From an uncultured Gemmatimonadales bacterium (lineage in GTDB: Bacteria; Gemmatimonadota; Gemmatimonadetes; Gemmatimonadales; Gemmatimonadaceae): a DNA stretch of 64,000 nt. The stretch spans positions 544,001-608,000 of the forward strand of contig OY969695.1 in NCBI GenBank assembly GCA_963701965.1, read 5' to 3'. Made by a program: the position numbers and the translations under genes. This document shows positions 57,510 through 64,000 of the stretch, one piece after another (within the stretch, counting starts at the first letter, position 1; each line of letters opens with the position of its first letter). Below the pieces are notes generated by a model. That model had not been told where the DNA came from. It did no database searches and worked only from the letters and a program-made list of their open reading frames with translations.

Positions 57510-59420
57510 TCAGAAAAGACTGCCCACATCGACGATCAAAGCCGGCGCGCCGTCGCCGAGGATCGTCGCGCCGGTGAACAACGTCAGACCGCCCCGCACC
57601 CCATCGAACTGCTTCACCACGATTTCCTGCTGCCCGGGGAGCTCGTCGACCACGACCGCGACCTCCCGATCGGCCAGCTCCACGACCACCGCCTGCTCGG
57701 CCTCGGCGCCAACCCGGTCGCCAAGGGCCGGCAAGCCGACCACGTCGCGCAGCCGGACGAGCGGCATCACCACATCCCGGAGCACCAACACCGGCTTCCC
57801 TTGCAGCGTCGACAGGGTCACCGCATCGAGCGAGATGGTCTCCCGCACGTGGGCCATCGGGATGGCGTAGACCTCATCGGCCACCTTCGCCAAGAGCGCC
57901 CGCATGATCGCCAGGGTCAACGGCAACCGCGCCGTGACCGTCGTGCCCCGCCCCGGCGCCGTCCGAATGTCCAGCGAGCCGCCGAGCGCCCGCACCCGGT
58001 TCTGCACCGCATCGATCCCGACGCCGCGCCCCGAGATCTCGGTCACGGCGTCGGCCGTGGAGAACCCGGGACGCGAGATGAGCCGCATGAGCTCATCGTC
58101 CGACAGCTCGGCGGCACTCGCCTCGACGAGACCCGACTCCCGGGCCTTGCGCAAGACTTTGTTCCGATCGATCCCACGGCCGTCATCGGACACGCGAATC
58201 AGCACGTTCGCCCGGTCCCGGGCCGCGCTGAGCGTGAGGCGCCCCATGGGCGGTTTGCCGCCAGCGGTCCGCTCGGCGGGCACCTCGATACCGTGGTCGA
58301 CGGCGTTCCGGAGGAGATGGACGATCGGATCGCCAATCTCGTCGAGCATCGACCGATCGAGCTCGATCTCCTTGCCCTCGATCTCCAGCGTCACGTCCTT
58401 GCCCAGCAACCGGGCGGCGTCGCGCACCATCCGCGGGAACCGGTCGAAGACCTGCCACACCGGGACCATGCGGCACGTCATGATCTCGTCCTGCAGGTCG
58501 GTGATGAGGCGTGAGGCCTGGGCCAGCGCCTCGTCGAGCGCGGGATGCCCGATCTCGCGTCCCAGCTCGGACAAGCGGCCGCGGGTGATGACCAGCTCGC
58601 CGATCAGGTTCATGAGCGAGTCGAGGCGGCGGAGATCAATGCGCACGTGGCGCTGCTTCTGGACGCCGGTGGCCTCGTCCCCGATCGCCTGCAGGGCGAC
58701 CGTTTGGCGCGCACTGGCGCCTGGCGCGGGCGTCGCGTCTGTGCCCAGATGCACCGTCCCCACGTCGCCCGCGCTGCGCAGGACCCGCTCGATCTCGGCC
58801 GGCGGCGCCGCCGTGACCACGGTGAACTCGAAGACGCCGTCGAACGCCTCCTCTCCGAACGCCGACTCGTCGGGCGTGATGCCGGCGACTTCGCCGAGCG
58901 TGCGGGCCTTCTGCAGGACCAACACCGCGCGGACGCCGGGCAGCGGCGCGCCATCGGCGATGGCGACGCGCACGACGACGCCCAGGGCGTGGGACACGCG
59001 CTTGGCGCGCGCCTTCGGGGCCTTGGCCGTCGGGGGAGACGGCGCATCGCCCGAGAGCGCGCGCAGACGTTCGATGATCTTGGCGACTTTGACGCCCGCT
59101 CCGCCGGCGACGGCGGCTTCGATCGCCGCCTCGAGGGTGTCGGCGGCTTTGAACATGGCGTCCATCACGCCCGACGTGATCGTGAGATCGCCGCGGCGGA
59201 CCCGCTCCAGCAGCGTCTCCAGCACGTGGGAGAGGTCGGCGACCTCGGTGTAGCCCATCGTCGCGCTCATGCCCTTCACCGTATGTACGGCGCGGAACAA
59301 CGCGCCTACGGTCTCGGCCGTCCCCCCGCTCCGCTCCATCTCGAGCAGCGCATGGTTGATGGCCGACAGGTGCTCACGGCTCTCCGTGAGAAAGAGCTCG
59401 GCGTAGCGCGACGTTTCCAC
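57510..59420 (-). CDS. cheA: Chemotaxis histidine kinase CheA (P1-P2-P3-P4-P5, no receiver)
   Basis: FRAVHTVKG Hpt, P2-like domain, LDSLMNLIGELVI, HLLRNAVDHG, DDGRG, SGRGVGID, C-terminal CheW-like domain. Confidence 0.97.
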   Translation of the reverse strand: METSRYAELFLTESREHLSAINHALLEMERSGGTAETVGALFRAVHTVKGMSATMGYTEVADLSHVLETLLERVRRGDLTITSGVMDAMFKAADTLEAAIEAAVAGGAGVKVAKIIERLRALSGDAPSPPTAKAPKARAKRVSHALGVVVRVAIADGAPLPGVRAVLVLQKARTLGEVAGITPDESAFGEEAFDGVFEFTVVTAAPPAEIERVLRSAGDVGTVHLGTDATPAPGASARQTVALQAIGDEATGVQKQRHVRIDLRRLDSLMNLIGELVITRGRLSELGREIGHPALDEALAQASRLITDLQDEIMTCRMVPVWQVFDRFPRMVRDAARLLGKDVTLEIEGKEIELDRSMLDEIGDPIVHLLRNAVDHGIEVPAERTAGGKPPMGRLTLSAARDRANVLIRVSDDGRGIDRNKVLRKARESGLVEASAAELSDDELMRLISRPGFSTADAVTEISGRGVGIDAVQNRVRALGGSLDIRTAPGRGTTVTARLPLTLAIMRALLAKVADEVYAIPMAHVRETISLDAVTLSTLQGKPVLVLRDVVMPLVRLRDVVGLPALGDRVGAEAEQAVVVELADREVAVVVDELPGQQEIVVKQFDGVRGGLTLFTGATILGDGAPALIVDVGSLF

Positions 59421-59426
59421 GGGACG

Positions 59427-59789
59427 TCAGCCAAGCACCCGCTGCACGGCTTCGAGCACACGGCTGGGCTGGAAGGGCTTCACCACGAAGTCTTTGGCGC
59501 CCGCTTGAATGGCCTCGACCACCAAGGCCTGTTGCCCCATGGCGCTGCACATGAGGATCTTGGCGTTGGCGTCGAACTTCGTGATTTCGCGGACCGCGTC
59601 GATGCCGCCCATGTCCGGCATCACGATGTCCATCGTCACCAGGTCGGGCCGCAGCTGCTTGTACTTCTCGACCGCCTGCACGCCGGTCTCGGCTTCCCCG
59701 ACGACCTCGAAGCCCGCTTGGCTCAGGATGTCGCCGACCATCGTGCGCATGAAGATCGCGTCATCGCAGATCAGTACCGAATGACTCAC
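59427..59789 (-). CDS. cheY: Chemotaxis response regulator CheY
   Basis: ICDDAIFMR, TMDIVMP, CSAMGQQ, VVKPF (Bacillus CheY/DifD-like). Confidence 0.95.
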   Translation of the reverse strand: MSHSVLICDDAIFMRTMVGDILSQAGFEVVGEAETGVQAVEKYKQLRPDLVTMDIVMPDMGGIDAVREITKFDANAKILMCSAMGQQALVVEAIQAGAKDFVVKPFQPSRVLEAVQRVLG

Positions 59790-60265
59790 GAATTCCCCCC
59801 GAAGATTTGCTTGATGACTGCCCGGACATCGAGCAGCATCGCCACGCCGTCGCCGACGCGCAGGACGCCGCTGACGAGCCCTTCGCCGATCTCGCCATCC
59901 GACGCCTCGATGTCGGCACGGGCGACCCGCTGCACATCACGGAGCTCGTCGACGCCCAGCCCAATGACGCGTGTCCCGTGCTCGGCGAGCACGATCGACC
60001 CTTTGGCGGGATCGACGGGCGAGCCGCCCAGCCGCACGCCCAGATCGATGACCGTGAGAATGGAACCCCGGAGGTTGATCAGCCCCGTGACGAACGGCGG
60101 GGCGCCGGGCAAGCGCGTGGCGTGCCGGTAGGGCACGATCTCGCGGATGGCGTCCAGCTCGCAGGCGCACACGCGCCCGGCGACGCCGAACAACAGCAGC
60201 CGCGGCGCGTCGGCCGTACTGGCGAACGCGTCCTCAGTCGTCGACTCGGTAGAAGCCCACATCAT
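59786..60265 (-). CDS. cheW: Chemotaxis coupling protein CheW
   Basis: IREIV, LPGAPPFVTGLINLRG, VIDL, GLGVDE, LLDV. Confidence 0.92.
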   Translation of the reverse strand: MMWASTESTTEDAFASTADAPRLLLFGVAGRVCACELDAIREIVPYRHATRLPGAPPFVTGLINLRGSILTVIDLGVRLGGSPVDPAKGSIVLAEHGTRVIGLGVDELRDVQRVARADIEASDGEIGEGLVSGVLRVGDGVAMLLDVRAVIKQIFGGNS

Positions 60266-61211
60266 CCAGCTCGGTGTCCTCGTGCGAGACTGCCGCCAGT
60301 GCTTGGCGGAGGTCGGGCGGCAGCGGCGATCTCAGATCAAGCTCGGCGCCCGTGATCGGATGACGAAGGCGAAGCCACGCGGCATGCAGGAAGTGCCGGT
60401 GTGGAGGGAGCGCCACCACGCGCCGTCCGACACCACCGCCATACGTGTCATCGCCCACCACCGGGTGCCCGATCGACGCGAGATGCACGCGAATCTGATG
60501 CGTGCGTCCTGTGTGCAGCCGGGCGCGGAGGAGGTCCACCGAGCCGTAGCGCGCCAACCGGGCGAAGTCCGTTCGCGCCGGTCGACCTGTAGTGACGACT
60601 GCCATGCGCTTTCGGTCTCGCGGATCGCGGCCAACCGGCCGATCTACGGTCACCTGGTCATCGGCCAAATGGCCGAACGCCAGGACCGCATACAAACGTC
60701 TCACGGAGCGTCGCGCCAAGGCGGCCGTCAGGAGCCGGTGCGCGCGGTCGGTTTTTGCCACCAGCACGAGTCCCGACGTCTGCTTGTCGAGCCGGTGGAC
60801 CAATCCCGCCCGCTCGACCGTGTTGGGGGGCGCTTCGCGGCCCACCAATGCATTGACCAGCGTCCCGCTCCAATGCCCCGGCGCCGGGTGGACGACCATC
60901 CCGGCCGGCTTATCGACGACGAGGAGAGCCTCGTCTTCATAGACGATCGAAAGGGGGATGGTTTCCGGTGTGACCGACCGCCCAGGGGGCGGGGGGATGA
61001 CCACCACGACGCCCGCACCGCCCGGAGGGCGGTAGCTGGCCCGCTCGACCCGGCCGTCCACCCACACGTGGCCGGTGGCGATCAGGGTCGCGGCTTGGGT
61101 CCGCGAGAGGCCGATCGCGGCGGCAATGACCAAGTCCAGCCGGACGTCGGAGCCCGGCCGCACGGTGAACTCATGGCGGGTGGCGCCGGCTTCCTCGCCG
61201 GCGCCGGTCAC
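60234..61211 (-). CDS. rluD: RluA-family 23S rRNA pseudouridine synthase (RluD-like, with S4 domain)
   Basis: RLD S4 start, VVDKPAGMVVHP, HRLDKQTSG, TGRTHQIRVH, GHPVVGD, LHA; start revised to GTG 61211. Confidence 0.92.
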   Translation of the reverse strand: MTGAGEEAGATRHEFTVRPGSDVRLDLVIAAAIGLSRTQAATLIATGHVWVDGRVERASYRPPGGAGVVVVIPPPPGRSVTPETIPLSIVYEDEALLVVDKPAGMVVHPAPGHWSGTLVNALVGREAPPNTVERAGLVHRLDKQTSGLVLVAKTDRAHRLLTAALARRSVRRLYAVLAFGHLADDQVTVDRPVGRDPRDRKRMAVVTTGRPARTDFARLARYGSVDLLRARLHTGRTHQIRVHLASIGHPVVGDDTYGGGVGRRVVALPPHRHFLHAAWLRLRHPITGAELDLRSPLPPDLRQALAAVSHEDTELDDVGFYRVDD

Positions 61212-61738
61212 GACAGCTCGCGGGTCTCGGTCGGCGCGCTGACCGGCGTCGCGTGGTGCCGGTCCTCGTTCCAGAGAACCCACGCGAGCAGGATGGCCCC
61301 GGTGCTCACGGCCATGTCGGCCACGTTGAAGGTCGGCCACCGATGGTCATGGAACCCGACATCAATGAAGTCGACGACGCCGAGGGGCGATCGGATGCGG
61401 TCGATGAGATTGCCCACGGCGCCGCCGCAGACGAGCCCCAACGCCAACGCGCGCGGAATGTCGCCCGCCCGCGTCGCCCGGTACAGCCGCCCGAGGATGA
61501 TCAGCGCCACGACGGTGGCCACCAGAAAGATCCACCGGGACAACGCGCCGAACGTCAATCCGAACGCCGCCCCTTGATTGAACACCAGCGTGAATCGCAC
61601 CGCTTCGCCGAGGACGTCGTGCGGGAGCTGCCTCGGCATGAGCTGCGTGACGGCGAGCCGCTTGGTCACCACGTCCAACAGGACGACGGTGACCAGGGTG
61701 CCCCAGAACAGCCGCCCGTTGCCGCTATTTCTTTCCAT
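61208..61738 (-). CDS. lspA: Lipoprotein signal peptidase II
   Basis: DVVTK, NQGAAFG, GAVGNLIDR, VVDFI, FNVAD; start revised to ATG 61738. Confidence 0.96.
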   Translation of the reverse strand: MERNSGNGRLFWGTLVTVVLLDVVTKRLAVTQLMPRQLPHDVLGEAVRFTLVFNQGAAFGLTFGALSRWIFLVATVVALIILGRLYRATRAGDIPRALALGLVCGGAVGNLIDRIRSPLGVVDFIDVGFHDHRWPTFNVADMAVSTGAILLAWVLWNEDRHHATPVSAPTETRELS

Positions 61739-62138
61739 CTTCCTCGCGTTGCTTGCACGAAAAGCAGAATCGCGCGTGAGGCAGCGCGTCCAACCGCTCG
61801 AACGCGATCTCCTCGCCGCACTGGTGACACTTCCCAAACGTCTCGGGCGATCGGTACAACCGTCTCAGCGCTTCATCAATGTGCCATAGAAAGCGCCCTT
61901 CCTGGCTGGCGAACAGAAACGCCTTCTCCCGCTCCATCGCATCGGTGCCCTGATCGGCCATGTGGAACGAGTACGAGCTGAGATCGCCGTCGGCGTTCTG
62001 CATCGTCGCGCCAAACGCTTCGCTGTAGTTCCCGAGCTCCTTCAGCACGCGCCGACGCTCCTCCAGCAGCCGCTTCTCGAAGTGCGTCAGCTGCTTCTTC
62101 GACATCGGCTTGGCCTTCTTTACACTCGGTGAGGTCAT
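61725..62138 (-). CDS. TraR/DksA-family C4 zinc-finger protein
   Basis: Coiled coil with HMADQGTD tip; CHQC...ERLDALP..CFSC. Confidence 0.9.
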   Translation of the reverse strand: MTSPSVKKAKPMSKKQLTHFEKRLLEERRRVLKELGNYSEAFGATMQNADGDLSSYSFHMADQGTDAMEREKAFLFASQEGRFLWHIDEALRRLYRSPETFGKCHQCGEEIAFERLDALPHARFCFSCKQREEDGKK

Positions 62139-64000
62139 CGTTCGACTTCCCTGGTCAAGGCGAAGCGCACCGTGCGGCCATCGATCGGCACGTCGCGCTC
62201 CGCGTCAAATTCGCCGTTGCAATTCCCGATCACGATCTCCCGCGCCAGGACCTCGCCCGCGATCCATTCGCGGTGCCCCTGCACCGCCGCCTCGATCGCC
62301 GGATCCCCGGCGACGCACAGCCGAATGCGATCGCTCACCGCCAGTCCTGTATCCTTTCGCAGATTCTGGACCGCGCGGATCGTTTCGCGCGCCAGCCCTT
62401 CCCGTTCCAGGTCCGCTGTGATCGTGGGATCAACCGCCGCCAGATAGCCATCGCGCTCTTCCACGACGAGCTCGCCCGCCGTCTGGTGCGTGATCGTGAG
62501 ATCCTCCGGATCGAGATGATGCGTCTGCCCATCCACCGTCACGTACAGCGGACCGGCCCCGTGCTGAAACGCCGCCAGCTCGCTGCTCGTGAAGGCCGCG
62601 ACGGCCTGCGCCGCCAGGGGGGTGCCTTTGCCGAACTTCTTCCCCAACGTGCGATAGTTGGCCTTCGCGGTCAGGGTGACGAGGGCATCCGCCGACTGCA
62701 GGAACTCTACGCGCTTCACATTCAGCTCGCTGGCCAACAGCGAAGCCAGCCGTTCTACGCCCGCGCGCGACGCGGCGCGCGGGGTCACACAGACGAGCCG
62801 CGAGAGCGGCTGCCGGGTCTTCCGCCGCGCCGTCTCCCGCGCCGTGTGCCCCAGGCCCGCCAGCACGCGCACGTCATCCATCGCCATCTCCAGTGCGTCG
62901 TCGGTCGGTCCGGGATCGGCGCGCACGAACGATGACAGATGGACCGACGCACCGGTCAGCTCCCGGTGTATCCAGTCGGTCACGAAGGGCATGATGGGCG
63001 CGAGCAATCGGCAAACGACCACCAGGGTCTCGTGCAACGTGGCGAACGCGGCCCGGTCATCGGCCCAGAAGCGCGCGCGGGACAACCGCACGTACCACTT
63101 CGACACGTCGGTCTCGACGAAGTCCATCACCAGCCGGGCGGCATCGTAGGCATCGAACCGCGTCAGCCGCTCGTCAGCGGCGCGCTCCACCCGCGCGAGA
63201 CGCGACAGCAGCCAACGATCGAGCGCGGGCCGGTCGGCGGGAGCCGGATCCTGCTCCGATGGGCTCCAACCCAGGTTGGCGAGATCGGCGAAGAACCGAT
63301 ACGTGTTGACCAGCGCGTTGAGAAACCCGCCCGACGTATCACGAATCTTCGCTTCGTCGAACCGGCGCGGCAGCCACACCTGGCTGGCCGACACGAGAAA
63401 GAGCCGCACGGCGTCGGCCCCGTGACGACCCACCACGTCCCAGGGATCGACCGCGTTGCCGCGGGACTTCGACATCTTCTGGCCCGTGGCGTCGAGGACC
63501 AGATCGTTGACCAACACGTGGCGATAGGGCGACGCAGTGCCCGCCGTGTTGTTGGGGAGCGCGTCACCGAGCGTGCTGGCAATCGCCAGCAGCGAGTAGA
63601 ACCATCCCCGTGTCTGGTCGACGCCCTCGGCGATGTAGTCGGCCGGGAATTGCCGGCCGACGACGTCCCGGTGCTCGAACGGATAGTGCCACTGGGCGAA
63701 CGACATCGACCCGGAATCGAACCAGGCATCGATGACCTCGGGCACGCGGCGCATGGTGCCGCCGCACGAACATCCCCACGCGTAGTCGTCGATAAAGGGC
63801 TTGTGCGGATCAAAATCGGCCGGCAGCGCGCGCCCCGCCTTCGCAGCGAGGTCGGCGTAGCTCCCAATGGCGTCCGTGTGCGCACGGTCGGCGTCGCAAA
63901 CCCACAAGGGGAGCGGCGTGCCCCAGTACCGGTCGCGCGAGATCGCCCAATCGATGTTTCCCGCCAGCCACTCGCCAAATCGTCCCGACCCGACTTCCGG
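62135..64000 (-). CDS. ileS: Isoleucine--tRNA ligase, type 2 (partial; 5' end beyond window)
   Basis: Frame open to the window edge: DWAISRDRYWGTPLP, WFDSG, AEGVDQTRGWFYSL, KMSKSRGN, WYVRLSR. Confidence 0.96.
   Translation of the reverse strand, partial: PEVGSGRFGEWLAGNIDWAISRDRYWGTPLPLWVCDADRAHTDAIGSYADLAAKAGRALPADFDPHKPFIDDYAWGCSCGGTMRRVPEVIDAWFDSGSMSFAQWHYPFEHRDVVGRQFPADYIAEGVDQTRGWFYSLLAIASTLGDALPNNTAGTASPYRHVLVNDLVLDATGQKMSKSRGNAVDPWDVVGRHGADAVRLFLVSASQVWLPRRFDEAKIRDTSGGFLNALVNTYRFFADLANLGWSPSEQDPAPADRPALDRWLLSRLARVERAADERLTRFDAYDAARLVMDFVETDVSKWYVRLSRARFWADDRAAFATLHETLVVVCRLLAPIMPFVTDWIHRELTGASVHLSSFVRADPGPTDDALEMAMDDVRVLAGLGHTARETARRKTRQPLSRLVCVTPRAASRAGVERLASLLASELNVKRVEFLQSADALVTLTAKANYRTLGKKFGKGTPLAAQAVAAFTSSELAAFQHGAGPLYVTVDGQTHHLDPEDLTITHQTAGELVVEERDGYLAAVDPTITADLEREGLARETIRAVQNLRKDTGLAVSDRIRLCVAGDPAIEAAVQGHREWIAGEVLAREIVIGNCNGEFDAERDVPIDGRTVRFALTREVER

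Noticed and set aside
654..61577. Numerous long plus-strand ORFs antisense to real genes (e.g. 654-2447, 36342-38678, 54693-57497) and long N-terminal extensions on minus-strand ORFs
   Set aside because: They are Arg/Ala/Gly-rich shadow frames typical of high-GC DNA with no recognisable motifs. True starts were reassigned to overlapping ATGA/GTGA junctions.

Overview
High-GC bacterial chromosomal segment; gene content and order resemble Gemmatimonadota (inference). It is almost entirely on the minus strand with many overlapping stop/start codons. Right to left in transcription order: ileS (partial, IleRS2-type)-dksA/traR-lspA-rluD; an ~18 kb receptor-less chemosensory cluster (cheW-cheY-cheA-cheC ... 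cheR-cheD-cheB-cheW-cheW); a small membrane protein, tRNA-Val(TAC) and an exported TPR protein; the dcw cluster (rsmH to ftsZ, lacking mraZ, murB and ddl); M23 peptidase, ftsY, recG; a sensor kinase/QseG-like lipoprotein pair; asnS, mazG, alr, cdd, an outer-membrane lipoprotein/barrel pair, a hybrid kinase, miaB, comFB-like, fbp, methylmalonyl-CoA mutase, a cytochrome b/MsrP-like pair, argS and a PfkB kinase. The best candidate for an undescribed system is the middle of the che cluster. It holds an MglA GTPase, three Roadblock/MglB proteins, two DUF4388-TPR proteins (one with an intact tandem MshEN c-di-GMP motif), a very large TPR protein, and a protein built from two tandem DnaA-type AAA+ domains with no DNA-binding domain. 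Two inverted DnaA boxes flank the ftsA-ftsZ intergenic region. Several genes show a leaderless-promoter signature. Eight +1 frameshifts, some in essential genes, fall at or beside GATG/CATC and are most likely systematic sequencing errors. I found no CRISPR array, rRNA or mobile element. All family assignments come from motif recognition by eye, not database searches.
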